From: Gnetum montanum
Taxonomy: Eukaryota > Plantae > Gnetophyta
Assembly: GCA_015680685.1 (NCBI GenBank)
Contig: MNCI01000811.1
Span: 507,283 to 571,282 of the forward strand
Direction of reading: 5' to 3'
DNA: 64,000 nucleotides
Of the stretch, positions 26,479 through 40,200 are shown one piece after another. The notes under the pieces were generated by a model that saw nothing but the letters and a program-made list of their open reading frames with translations, had not been told where the DNA came from and did no database searches. The stretch's first letter is position 1. Every line of letters starts with the position of its first letter. The translations under genes and the position numbers were made by a program.

Positions 26479-26884
26479 TTGCAAAACAACCAAAAAAATG
26501 TCAAGCAACACCTATCTTAATAAGGAAAAATGCATAAGGAAGAAAATGTTATGAAAATTTTCCTAATTGTGTAGTTGTTAGATTAGATAAGAAAGTAAGT
26601 AAAGTAATTTTGGCACCTTAAATGGTCATGAAATTGCCAGTTTATGGTCTGAGTGGACCATGGTTTATGTGGAAAATATTGGTTAAGTAAGGCTAGGAAA
26701 GTTTAGATGTGGGGCTAAGTTAGATGTTTATTGGGCGATAAAAAAATGAAAAAAAGTTTCTAAGGATAGAGAGGCTGGAAAAGTTAGAAAAATTTTCAAA
26801 CTTTGGATGCTACGATCATCCCACGTTATGTGTGGGACATGGGATAGGCCTCAGGAGGGTGATGTGTCCTTCAACCTAGAAGGG

Positions 26885-29800
26885 TATAAATAGGAGTTTT
26901 ACCATAGTAAACTTCTCATTTTCAAAGTTGAAGCAAATAGTCACTAAGCATAGCATAGCTAAGGCCAAGGGAGACAGAGCGTAGCAATGAAAGAGGAGAA
27001 GCTAGAGCATAACATAAAGGAAGAAAGAAAGAAAGATTGTGACAATCAACCATGATGTGCCATAGTTAATGCCAACACCCTAACCTCACCAATGTGGACA
27101 AAGGAGAATGCACATTGGGGTGCCTTCCTAGGGCACACATAGAGGACTGTAGGGAGATGTCATTGACTAGGGAAGGTGTTATGCTCTACCCTTGTGATTT
27201 ATTTTCCTTGCTTCTTGTGTACCTTGATTTTTTTTTGTTTTCGGGTTTTGAGAATGGCCTACCTTGGGCACAGACTGCCATCGCCACTGCAGCTGCCATT
27301 AGTCATGGCCAGGGGAGGAAATGCGCATAGTCCATTTTTTGTTTAGGTTTTTAGTTTTTGGTGTTATGAGGGTTTGTGTACCATGTGTAGTGCAGGACAG
27401 GGGATTTCTTGGCATTCCATGCATGGCATGGAACTAGGGTTTTTCAATGTCCTACACATGGCATGGATCAAGGATTTTCTTGGCATCCCATGCATGACAT
27501 GGAACACAATTTTTTTTGGCATCCCACACGTGATGTGGGATAGGGCTCAGTTGGGGCGACTTGAAGGTGAATGCAAATCATGATGGTCTAGGTAGGATGA
27601 TTGTGAGGGTCATGGTTGTCACACTAGGGTATGTTCTTGAGAGTGTAACAAAAAAGTTAGAAAAACTTTGATTTCCTAGTGTCAAGCTCTACAGGCAGCA
27701 CAATTAATAGGTTATGCTCTGTAGTGAACATGATCAACAATTTGTAATTTTTCAACACTTCAAAAATTTTTCAATAATTACACTTAAAGGGGAGTGTAAC
27801 CAACACATTGAAAATTTTTATGATTGTTATGCTCAGCGAGGAGCATAGCCAACACTTAGAATTTTTTGCAGTTGCAAAGGTTACACTCTATGGGAAGCGT
27901 AACCGATAGCTAGAAAATTTTTTGTAATTTTGAAGGTGATGCTCTATGAGAGCATAATCAATAGTTAGTGTATTTTTTGATACTTTCCAAAATTATAGTG
28001 TTTGTAAATATGCAATGTAAATGTTAGTGTTGTGCCCTGTTGGGGACTGGGTATGTCAGATGGGTATGTCAATGTCCCTTTCCCATGGGGCTTGGTGAAA
28101 AGTTAAGTATGTTGAGTGTAATTTTTATGCATTTTTTATTCAATGTTAATATTCTCCTTTTGTTGCCATTGTGGAATTGCAAGGTATTGTTGAAACCCAT
28201 TGTTGTTGTAGTTAAGCTGGTGGGCATTTTGTGTTACATGAGTGAGCCTGTGTTGAACATGCTTGCACTAGACACATGTGTAGGCCACTAGGTGGTATGG
28301 TTCAGGTCAAGAGTGCAAGAATTCATGGAATTTTTGCTCCACCAGTTTAGTTTGATGATATGGTCACACTTGGCAGTTGAAGTAGCGAGCATCATAATGG
28401 AAACACTATTGCCTGAGGAAAACTGAGGCATCCTAAGGTTCATATTTGATGAGCCTGTTGGCAATGAGGGAGTAGGGAGTTCAAGCTAAGGTCATAAGGG
28501 CATTAGGCTTTTGTCCAGGATTTGAGGAATGCTTGAATTTTAGTGCTACAACTAGAATAACACTTTTTTTGTCATCCGACGCCTACAAACTCTTTTCCAA
28601 AATCCAATTGGGATGGTGTATAATGCTGGAGGGTGCATCCCCTTATGATTTCTTGTACTACCTATTAGATTATGACTTAAAATGCTAACCACTCACATCT
28701 ATTTCTAGGTTTACCATTGACGCATATGGCCTTCCTAATGAAGAGGGAGCATTGAACTTGACTCAAATTGTCCTATAGGAATTCTCATCTTTTGAGAATG
28801 TTCATGTAGCAATGATTGGGCAGATTAGGGTAGACCTAGCGAAACTCCCTTACTAATTTTCTAAGTCTTATGAGAGGTGTTAGGCTCTTGGTTGGTTGGA
28901 TGCTAAGTGGGCAACCGACATATTAAGCATGGAGAAATTTTTAGCCCCAAAACCACTATCCCACACACCATTCATGCCATGTGAGTCATGAATCACACAT
29001 TTTTATGAACTTTTTTCTTTATTTTTCTCATGTTGCTAATTTTACCTTTGCTTATTGTAGCTATTATTAAATTAGGTGAAGTCACGGTGGTTGCCATAGG
29101 TTGCACTAAGGCCACTCTCATCTTGAAATATGGTGAGGTTGAAAGTTCATAATGTTGGTTATGCTATGAGGCCCTAGTGGAGATAGTAAGGAGTCTTCAG
29201 TAGACTGGGCTCATGGACCTTTTCTTGGCCATTAGCCCAAGCATCCCATTGGCTGAAATGATTTCCATAATTGACTCCTTAATTGAGAGCGTTGATCACT
29301 TCAACATACAGGTCTGTGATGTGTGGGTGACCTTTGAAATTATAGATAAATTCTTTGCAGACCTCTTCAGCATCCCCTCTGAGGACCTACCAGTTGCAGA
29401 AAAAATTGACAAAGACCTAGACCACAGAGGAGATGTTGAGGAGTGGTTGGGCACTTCCAAGGTCTACAAAGGAATACCAGTTAAGGAGGTGAGGGTACTC
29501 ATGGTTCACCACCTCTACCCAATCTTCCAAGCTCATGCATTCCTGAAGATACTTTTCCAAGGAAAGATTCTCAAGGTTGAGCAAGCTTGTGTGATGAGGG
29601 ATGTAATAGAAGAGGGGACATGGTACAACTGGGCCTCTCACCTTGTTGTGGCCTACATGCTAAAATTTTGAGGCTGTGCCACAACTTCCAAGCATGATCG
29701 CACATGCACTTTGCATTCTTCGTACCATGCCTATGACGAATTGTAGAGTTTTTGGTGGTTCATGAGAATAGGTGGTGGGTGTTGCAAGACTATAATCAAA

Positions 29801-31803
29801 TCTCTAGGCCATGAATTAATCACCTATTCAGCACCACGTAGTCACAGGATCCTTCGGAGGTAATTGGTGAGTTTTTTTCAGTGATGATCAAAGGTAATGT
29901 GGGATGATCCTACTACACACATGATTGCCAGGGAGACCTCACCAACCAACACTAGAAATGTAGCTAGAGAGGCATGACTCATTGTTGAGATAGTAAGATC
30001 ATCCAAAATAAAGATTAAGAAGCCATGCCCCATGGAGAAGCTTGTGCATGAAGTAGAGGAGGATGACAAAAAACTCTAATTTAAGCTTCATGATGTGCAT
30101 TCAGGAATTGCAAGTATGCATTATTTGATATTGTTGTAATGTGTCATGCTATATTATAATCATTATTAACAATTCTAAATCTAACTTATGTGACACAAGC
30201 AAGAGGACCCTTGTAGCAATAGTAGAGCCCATAGAGGATGATGTCCCTCAACCTAAGGGAAAAATAGCAGATGAAGAAGAATGAGAAGCTATTGAAGTGC
30301 TAAGGAAACTTAAGGAGGAAGGGTTGTAGTTTGAAGGGGATGAGTTTGAAAATTTCTTTGATAGCATGTAGATGGATGATCCTCCCCCAATCACATCTAA
30401 GGGCTTTTTGGGTAGGTGCTTTGCACTACCATTATTATTATTATTATTATTATTTCTCTTCTTGTTCTTTTCATCTTTTTTTATTTTCTTTTTTAACTCT
30501 TATGCCCTTGGGTATTGGCTATCTGATAATCACTAATTATATTATGTTATAGAAGTGGGTGTTTCCACTAAACGTCCAACATTCACATCCACCTTCTGTA
30601 TGCAACTATGGATGGAGGCTCTAGATAAGTTTACCTTCATGCAAGGCTTAGTGGATGACATGACAAATCATATACAACAAAAAAATCTTGAAATTGGTAT
30701 ATCTATGTTTATCTATTTTTTCTTTACTAATTTACTTACTCAGTTTGTAGCTAATGTTGTCTTGCCTATTATGTGATGTCAAATTTACAGTTTAAGTGGG
30801 ACCCAAATAGGATGATCCTGGTTGATACCATGCCTAAGTTTCTCCTCAAAGTCGAGCAAGTGCCTTGCCACGTGTATGATGAGATAAGTAGATGCACGGT
30901 ATACTTTGCAAGAGCATTGTGGGAGTGTAGGCACATTAACGAACACTTGTGGAAACAGGTGTAGGAACTTTAGAAAAAGGAAGCAAGTCAAGAGGCAAAA
31001 TTGGAGAACTTATAGTCCTACTATGACTTCTTGGTGGCATGTGAAAACCCAAACAATAGCTAGCACACAGTTGAAATTAATTATGCTAGGTATTGGTCAA
31101 TTGTTTAGGGCAAGAATGAAGCTACCCATGAGGTGATTGAGCAATGGTTGTAGATGGACCTACTAGTAAGGAAAAATTAGGACTAGGAGGATTATAGCAC
31201 AAAAGCGTATTAATGGGGCCAAATGCAAAAGAATCACAAGCACCACTACAAGCAAGAACATGAAGTGTACTGTATAAAGTACAGAGATGAGTCTATGGAG
31301 CACCGATGTTGAGAGATATTTCTTGATACAATTAGTGCAACATAGGCTTACAAACTATTCACAAGTAATGTAGTGGTGAGTGGAACCCTAGAGAGACACA
31401 TCATTGTACCTTCTAGAGAGGTCACTTTTGCAAAATTTTTGCTAGGGCCACCCTCATGAATAGCCATAGAAAAAAGGAAAACCCTTATGGGTATTGACCT
31501 TGGCAAGGAGGACTAGACACGATTATTGGAGAATAAAATCCTCTGACACTTGGAGGCTGGCCTTAATAGGATGCCCCCATACATGGATGTAGGTCCTTCT
31601 TAGGTTGGTCTAGTTTGTATTATTTCTATTTATTTTATTACAATGTTGCATGTCACCATATTTGTTAGCTAATTTATGGTCTTATTTTAATTTAATGCAG
31701 GTTCTGGGTGATAGCGTAGGACCCAATGGAGTAACAGATGAAGAGGGAGAGGAAGAACCTTAGCCCCCACTACACATTGCAGGATGAAATGCCCAAAATG
31801 TAG
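26885..31803 (+). pseudogene. Multi-exon gene antisense to B: plant-mobile-domain-like region plus coiled coil, decayed
   Basis: TATAAATA at 26885; short AT-rich GT-AG introns with CTAA(C/T) branch motifs at 28633-28708, 28981-29060, ~30114-30198, ~30412-30552, 30697-30790 and 31604-31700; ORF 29213-29671 ...GLMDLF...WYNWASHL; T-rich 3' region 31810-31970. Confidence 0.65.
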
Positions 31804-31989
31804 CCCTATTATTGGGCAATTTTGTATTTTTGGAGATTTTATGTTTTGGATGTAAACTTGAACTACATACGTTATTGATAATTCAATGGTAATGTGATGA
31901 TTATTTGCTTGTCATTTTATTGTATTTTATGTAATGTTGTTGTAGTTTTAACTTGTGATTTGATTGATGCAATTAGGCCCCTTGTGGGC

Positions 31990-32280
31990 CCCATTGTAGT
32001 TTAAGGCCATGGTAGAAGGGCCACTTCTAGTTTAAGGCCATTTCAGGCTAGCGCTAGTTTAAGGCCATTTTAGGCCATTGCTAATTTGAGGCTATTTAAG
32101 GCCATCACTAGTTTAAGACCATTTAAGGCTATAACATAAAAGGGAATTGGTTGTTAGTTTTAGGTCTTAGTGGGTTGTGTGATAGTTTAAGGCCTTTCTG
32201 GGTCACAACGTACAAGGAAACTATTTGCCAGTCTTAGGCCTTAGTGGATCATGCAATGGTTTAAGGTCTTTTCAGGCTCT
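31990..32280. repeat. ~26-bp tandem repeats CTAGTTTAAGGCC-N6-GGCY
   Basis: Repeated TAGTTTAAGGCCATTT(C/T)AGGC; same core as 22660-22940. Confidence 0.85.
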
Positions 32281-32428
32281 TTTTTTCTCTTTGAAAAAAA
32301 GGCTAAATGAAACTGCATGAGCTAAAGAAATAAAATAACTAATGTAGGATGCAAACAATAATGTAATCGTAATTGTATAGGTAGAGAACAATGAGTAAGT
32401 GAAACATGTAAGTGAACGAAGGGTATGC

Positions 32429-35400
32429 CTTAGTCATGTAGGTGTTTTCTAACTTGATGCGAGTTAGGAGGTGTATAAGGCCTAGGAGGCACAAGCTAGT
32501 ATTCTCTTAGACCTTTGTCTATTGCAAAAAAGGGAAATTCTGCCCAAAGAGCTCCCTCAAGAAGGTCACTCACTTTGCTTGGTTGTTTAAAATTAGTCAA
32601 AAAACATTGAATTTCACCTTGAATAGGTGATGAACCTTCAGAGAACTCTACCTTTGACCCTTGTTTTGTATCTACGTTGTTGATGGTTAGGGGGGGCTAC
32701 ATTGTCATCATAGATCACCACTTCTCCACCCTCATAGGACAAGTGGATCTCTTGGTGAATAGGTGAAGAAGCGATCCATAGTTGGGCTAGCTAAGACCTC
32801 CCTAGGATTAGGTTGAGTCCAAGCATTTCTTCAATTAAAAGAAATTCAACATTAGTGGGGAATTGCTCCCCTGCCATGAAAGCTATTATGATTATACCTT
32901 TTACAACAACACATGCTTCATTGAAGGATTTCAAGCATGTTGTTTTTGTCGGCTTGATTTGATCAAGTAGGCTAAGCTTGTCAACGATGGGGAATGGGAT
33001 GACATTGGTTGCTACACTGTCATTGATATGCACCCTAAAAATTTTATACTAGCCTACATGAATTGTTATAAACATGGGTGCACTGCTCACCTAACCCTTT
33101 TCAGGATCAACCTTGATTGCCTCATCTTGAAATGTCAAGGGTGTTGACCTTGACTCTTGGGTTGTGAGGGGAAGCATTATGGCATGAATGGCCTTTTCAT
33201 CTTCTAGGACATCTTCCTTAATAGGAATAGATGCCAACATGTGGACCAATGCCTTGTGATGAGTAGTAGAAGTTATTATCAAGTCGTACAGGCTCAAAGT
33301 TATGTTCTTTTGTTTGAGAGCCTATTTAACTTGCACCAATGTGTTCAAGAGATATTTTCCACTATCTATTGCTTTGGTGCCCTTTACCTCCTCCACACAT
33401 CCTAAGAGATGAATCTCCTAGGGAGGATATTTGAATTTTGGTTGTGTACTAGGCTTTCAAGCCTCAGTGCTTGTTTGTTAGCTGTTTTCACTTGCATTGG
33501 TAGTTTAAGATGATGAGACCATGGGGACGGATGTCAAATAGGTGGGCTTAGGAGGACCTAGCTCCATGCGTTCCCTAATCATTTTGTTAGCAGGATGCCC
33601 ATCATGTCTCTTAGGGTATGACTCTGGGTAGGTAGGATGTGACGTAGTTCCCACCACCGGACCCCTAGTAGATGGGGGGTATGCATGTCTTGACACCCTA
33701 ATGACAAAAGGTGTCTGGGTTGCCATCACTACAACATGCTATGGGGCCCTAACTACAAAAGGTATCATGGATGTTCAAGGTGGTGCTTTGATGATAAAAG
33801 GGGACTATGGTCTAGTTGACGTTGAGGCCCTAGTATCACTAGAGGGTACATGAACCTCAAATGATTCATGTGTTAGTTCTGCATTATCATTAATGCTGAT
33901 AGCATTAATGATGTAACCTGCACTACTAGTTTAGAGAGGGTTCTTGTAGACTTTCATTGATTGATTTTCTAGTGGTATGGGATTACTCTCATTAAGGACC
34001 AATTTTCCTTGATCAATCATGGGTTGAAGATAATCTTTTAAAGCCAAGTCGTAGCCTGTGTCACGACCAAGTAGTTGATGATAGTTGCATAATTGGTCTA
34101 ATCTAAAGTTTTTAGGTACCCAAGGATCATTTGGCATAGCTTTAGAAGGGTTTCTGAGGACCTTGCAGTACCTCTCGTGGTGTTTTCATGCATTCTTAGA
34201 CACTTGTTTGTGTTGGATGCATTCAACACTAAGCAACCAATCTAAGAGCTTAGATAGCTTGATAGGCAAGGAGGTATACTTCCAATGATCCTTGCACTCA
34301 ACGTTTGACCTTTAGGAAGCTTGCCTCATAGCTACTGATGGTGCATGTTGGTTGGTTCCTTCAATGCCAGAACCTGATGCCTTGTTGTTGTTGGCTAGGG
34401 CTTTAGGCACCTTGGTTGTTGGCTTAGTGTTGTTGGGTTTCGCTTCATCAGCTACAACTAAAACTATTACTATTGCCTTTCCCTTTTCTTTTTCCTTTTT
34501 CATATGCATGTTTTTATAGATCACATAGGATGGGTCCTTACTGGCTTCTGCTATGTCTTGTATGCTCTTCATTTGAGCAAAAGCTTGGCTTAGAGAGTGC
34601 AGAGCTAAGTAGTATAGTTTTGACTTGATAAAGTCATTTACTACATCCTTAAAGATAGCCAAAAGATGAGTCTTTACTATCAGGTCATGAATTTCATTGA
34701 GGGAAGTGCTCCAATGTTGTATGAATTTTTGTATTAGCTCTAGTGCCCCTTACTTGATGTTCATTAACTAGTCTAGTATGGCTTTGGGCTTCAAGTTATA
34801 CTTGAAGCAAGTTACAAATTGGCTAAGCAGCTCCTCTAGAGTTGATATGGAAGCTCTAGGGAGTGCATGATACTAATTGAGAGCTTTGATGGTTAGGGAC
34901 ATAGCAAAGACATGGATGATTACTTGTGGCCATGCTTACAAAACTAGGCATTCAGAACGAAAAGTTACAAGGTGGGCATCGGGGTCTCCTTCATCATTGT
35001 ATTTTGTGAATTGAGAAAGTTGGACCCTAGGATGCAAAGTTAGCAATGGGACCATAGGACTGATGGGGTCATCTGGATAGAAGTTCATCACATGAACCAT
35101 TTTTGAGTTGGCCACTTTAAGTCGCCTAACCTCCTCCATGAGAGTTTGAATGAGTTGGAATGCTTGGTCCAAACTTAGGGATGCCATAGTGGGTTATGCT
35201 GGCTATGCTACTTGTGGTGTCGTCTGAGCAGCCCACATACCAATTGTGGGTTTTGCTACCACATGGGATGCCTGTTGAGTTTGCTATTGCATGTATTATG
35301 GCATGTGCAATAGTTTTTCCATAGGCATAGAGGTCGTAGCCCACCATGCAATTGTGGCTTGGGTTATTGTTGGTGGTGCTATTGAGATGGTTGGGATGAA

Positions 35401-36120
35401 AGAAACTTGACTTATTTGCGACTATGATATAGGCATCATGTGCACATATGGCAACATCAACATCACGGATGCCAGCAGGGTAGGTTGCATAGACTGGGAA
35501 GAGATGGCAAAGGGGAAAGTGGTAGAAGGTCCTACACTTTTTTGTGCATGTAATACTTGGTGGCTAACTATCATAGGCATGGACTTAGGTGGTGGAATTG
35601 ATGTCTTTGCCTCCAAGAAGGTAGGTGACTATGATAGGTTTGAAATAGAAGTAGAGGTAGGCTATTAGACAGAGGCATAAAATGGGACACCACTATCTGA
35701 ATGGGACTCAAACTCCTCCTATCCATCCCACAGGGGCTCATCATAGTTTTATGTGGCATCTTACTTTTTTGGCCCACTTACCCTAATGAGTTGATCTAGT
35801 AGCCACCTAAAGGTGTCAATGAGTGGGATATACGCATCAAGGGTAGGAAGGAACTCCTTTCCATTTTAGTGAATGATTTTAAAATTATGCTTTACTTCTA
35901 TTTCTTGGTAGTCTAGGGATAGACCCTCCTAAAGCTTTGCAAAAAGAAAGTTGTACCTTTTATCATCTAATGCCCTGTATTCAGGTGATTGGTTATATAG
36001 TTTGAGAGACTGCCATTGTGGTCATATAGGGCTAAGCAGTTGCTTAATGTCTTCCACCTATTGAATGGGATGAGCTACCTCCATGCTTAGGGTAGAGGTT
36101 GAAGTGTTCATAGGATTCAT
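32429..36120 (-). pseudogene. Element B gag and aspartic protease (decayed)
   Basis: KYNDEGDPDAHLVTF (gag); LCNYHQLLGRDT (Tat-type knuckle); LSLYDLIITSTTHHKAL; INDSVATNVIP...LNLILGRS (protease). Confidence 0.85.
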
Positions 36121-36552
36121 GTTGCTATTTAGAAGAATGTAAGAGAAGAAAGCATTGATAGAACATGTTCAAGTGTAAAAAATGTTGAGAAAATGGCTAA
36201 GTACGTAAATTGTGAAAACAAGCCAAAAAATGATCAACTCTAGAAATGCTGTGAAAAAGTGACTAACTCTGGCGTTACACTCATTATTCTTTGAGGTATT
36301 TTTATGCTCTCTAAAGCACTTAGAACTTAAAAAAACAAACATAGTTGGGCTTTTCATCTAATGGGATTCTAGGGGAACTAACAATTGGGACCAATCTATA
36401 CCAATCAAAACATAGACAACTCTTGCATTGGCCTATGATCCAACTACTGCGGTGGTAGATCCATAGGGGTGTTATGTCTATGATAGCTTGCTACTAGTGA
36501 TAGAGGTGTAGAAAGCACATAGAAATACCCTTGAACATAGAAGGAATGGGGG

Positions 36553-36569
36553 CCCTCCTTCTAACACCA
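36553..36569 (-). promoter_or_regulatory. tRNA-Asn-type PBS of B
   Basis: TGGTGTTAGAAGGAGGG (C>T-decayed TGGCGCTAGAAGGAGGG). Confidence 0.8.
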
Positions 36570-36574
36570 AAAAC

Positions 36575-37230
36575 CATGATGTCTAAAAACATCGGTGGTT
36601 GGAACACCGAGAGCTCAGCAAGTGTATAGCCTAACCCCAAATCTGTGCAAGGGATGTGCTAGGAAATGGAAACAAAGTGTCTTGAATGGTTTGGTTGATT
36701 AGACATGGACTTACATGGTGTTAGAATGATTGTATGTAAGAAGGGTTTATACTACATTATGCGCAGACATCACGACTAGCTAAGCCAAAGTGTAGCAGGG
36801 TGTCCTAACTTGAAAATAGTGATGTGAGCATGCAAATATGAATCAAACAACAAAAAAAATGTGAGAGTTATGCTTAATATCAAAGTAAAATTCTTAGAAA
36901 AGAAATGAAATAAACCTTAAGAATAGAAAAATGCATTACTTCAAAAATGAGGAGCATAACGTTTGCTAGACAAGAGGTGAGAATGGTACATGGTGTTAGG
37001 TAGGCACAATGGTAGCATAGTAGTGCAATCATAGTCTCTATGATGCTTGGGACGTAGAGCTAATAGCTACAGTGGAGATTGAACCTACTAGGTTGGCTGT
37101 TATCATGTTTTACATTTGCCACATAATGGAATGAATTTTGGGAGATGCCAAGGTGCAAAGCTTAGATGTTGTTGATAGTTAGACAAATTTATTATTGAAG
37201 ATGCAGAAGCCTAAAATTGGTGGTGTTTCA
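36575..37230 (-). repeat. 5' LTR of B with an internal ~1.15-kb deletion
   Basis: Matches 19263-~19845, then jumps to ~20998-21058 near 37170. Confidence 0.85.
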
Positions 37231-40200
37231 TTGATGCCCTAGCCATGGTTATTCTTAGTGGGAACAACTTCACCACATCATAGAATGACTCAGAAGAAAG
37301 TAGTGATCATGACCACAAGAGGTGGAGAGAAGTTGAACGTGCGTACCAAAGGGGTAAGGGCAAAGCTACTGTAGTAGAAGAGGTTGTGAAGTTAGAATTA
37401 GATGATGATGATGGATGCAACATCTACCAATTCAAACATCCTAAAAGATGTTGACCTATTGTGTTACACTTGTAGGAGTTTGGGGTGTATGTGCTGAATC
37501 CTAGATTGACAAGAAGGTAAGCACCTAGAAGCTTGCCTTATCCTCAAGGCAGTCTAAGGTAGTTCCATTAGCAACAATAAGATTATTATCTAAGTGGAGC
37601 TCCAGGATAGCCATGTGAGCAATACCAATAGTGGTAGCACCCACAGTTGTGGGGGATGCCACCACCAAGGTAGCAATACCCTTACAAGAAACTAGATCTA
37701 TATGGGTACTATATTTCGTAACTAATGTCTCTGCATGGCACCTCTAGTCAAGATTTTTTTCAGTGTCACTACTACCCTCTTGAGTATCAAAAAATTGATT
37801 CTCCATCTACTAGAGGGGAAACCCCATTCCTATCATCCTTCTCATCCTTCAGCACATGCTCCTCTACCCTCAACCCAATTAACACTTACTCCATCCATGT
37901 AGGGTGAGCTTCCAACCCAACCACAAGAACATAATGCTACTAGGGCTGTTAACTTATAGTTGGCTCCTTAGTCGAGTGGTTTGGAACTAAGATCCTATAA
38001 AAGACCATTCTTCTAAAACAATAGCCCTACTAAACCCTCACCTACTTATGTGGTTGGTCTCATATATCTCCTTCATACTATGCATCCATTCCTTTTAAGA
38101 ATCCTTCAAACGAAATTCCTCCCAAGATCTACACAATTATGTTAATCCACATTGTATTTGATTAAATCAAGGATGAAAACCTTCCTAGGAAAAGATTTAA
38201 TCTTGAAAGTCCTCTCATCTATCTGCAGATTACAAGGAATAAGCCATGCAAAGCTCTTCTTGACTCAAGATTTGGAGTTAATCTAATTTATCATGAAATG
38301 TTCAATGCTTGAAACCTGTATCCTCTCAAGAAGAACAACATCCATTTAGAATTGATAGATCAATCCATCACTGTTCCATTAGGACTGGTAGAATATATTA
38401 TGACCATTGTCTATGGGTGCTTTTATCCTATCAATTTCTTGGTAATCAAAGTTGAAAATTGAAAGGGGGACTTTCCAATCATTATGGGAAGGGCTTCATT
38501 GAGCATTGTTGATGCAAAAATGGGCATCATAGCTCTTTCTCTATAAATTTCCAAGAAAAATGCATTTGGAAAGATCAAGAAGAAATGAGTTCCATGGATT
38601 GCGTATAGTGATATAGGGTACAACTACATGCAAAAACTTTGGTCCATGAAAAGAGCATTCATTTCTGCATGTAGGTAGTATGTAAATGAGGTAGATATTC
38701 ACAAGTGCCTATATACAACAGCCACAAAATAGGAGGGCATCCAATGGTTGACAGCTGATATTAGAAGCATCACACTTTGCATGGAACCTATTGAGAGCCT
38801 AACATGTGCTAATGTTAAAGACGTGGATGAACTAGAACAATTTTATTAGCAAATTTTTTGATGATGAAAATGATGATACCAATTGGGAAGAGTTGAAAAT
38901 CCCTAAAAATTTTAAACAAGAGCCCTTAGACTTGAAAACTCTACCTACCAACATGGAGTATGCATTTTTGAAAAATGGTAAGTTGGTAATCATCAATGCT
39001 AATCTTGCTCCTAAATAGAAATGGATGTTGTTGAGGGTGGTCAATAAATGGTCAATAGCCTTTGCTTGATCATATCTTGAACTTATAGGGATTGATCCTA
39101 GGATATGCCACCAATGTATCTACATTGATTGGACCAAGAAGCCAAAGAGGTAGTCATAGCAATGATTAAGCCCTAAATTAAAGTAGATCATTAAAGAGGA
39201 AACTAAACAAATTCTTAAGGTAGAGTTTATCTATTCCATTGTGGATAGTGAGCCCATTTGTGATTGTGCCAAAGAAAGGTGACAAGTGGTGAGTCTACAT
39301 TGACTTTTGATTATTGAATATGACAACATTCAAAGATCAATTTCCATTACCATTTGTGGATCAAGTGTTGGACACTATATTTGGGCATTGCTATTACAGT
39401 TTTCTGGATAGTTATAGTGGCTATAACCAAATTCAGATCATGCTAGAGGATCAGGCCAAAACAACATTCATGAGTTCCTAGGGAAATTTTGCATATGAAA
39501 AGATGCCTTTGGGTTTGTGTAATGCTCCTGCAACATTTCAACACTTGGTCTTAAGTATTTTTCAATAACAATGTGGTTGCGAGGTGGAAGTCTTCATGGA
39601 TGACTTTTCCACGTATGGCACCACATTTGAGTAGGCCTTGGATTGGCTTGAGAAAGTGCTTAAAATTTTTGTGGAGATGAATCTTTGGCTCAATTGGTAG
39701 AAAAGCCATCTAATGATCTAGGAGGGCATTGTATTGGGGCATATAATTTCTTAGGCAGGGATTGAGGTGGATCCCTAAAAGATTTAGGTCATCCAAGAAA
39801 TATCCCACTAACTGAAAATCATTAAATATGTCTGGTCATTCCTTAGACACATTAGCTACAACCAGAAATTCATAGATAATTTCTCTAAGATCACAAAACT
39901 ATTGGTTGATCTTACAAAGAAAGATGCTCTATTCATTTGGATCAAGGAATGTGCAAATGGATTCTAGAGCCTCAAGTAGAAGCTTATAAAGACTACAATT
40001 CTACGAGCATCTAACTAGTCCAAATTGTTTGATGTAATGAAAGATGCATCAAAGTATGAATTGGGAGTCATGCTTACACATACATAGTCAAATCACACCC
40101 ATGTCAAATGGAAAGGCATACATAATCATTGTCATTAATTATTGCACAAAATTGATGAAAGTGGGAGATATCATCGATTGTACATCATTTACTACTGTGT

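Larger units (their letters stand above)
26479..32428 (-). other. Putative ~5.95-kb pol intron (Ogre-type position, between protease and RT)
   Basis: Donor-like AAG|GCATAC at 32428; acceptor-like TTTTTTTGGTTGTTTTGCA(A for G)|GA at 26479; joining them as a phase-1 intron links the post-protease frame to the frame leading into RT. Both sites are non-canonical as they stand. Confidence 0.55.
19263..37230 (-). mobile_element. Element B: Tat/Ogre-like Ty3/gypsy element (gag-PR-[~6-kb interruption]-RT-RH-aRH-INT) nested antisense in A gag
   Basis: LTRs 19263-21058 and 36575-37230; tRNA-Asn PBS 36553-36569; PPT AAAGATGGGCCAA; extra archaeal-type RNase H (LHFDGAS) between RH and INT; degenerate TSD CTAAT/TTGAT whose removal restores the gag frame. 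Confidence 0.9.
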
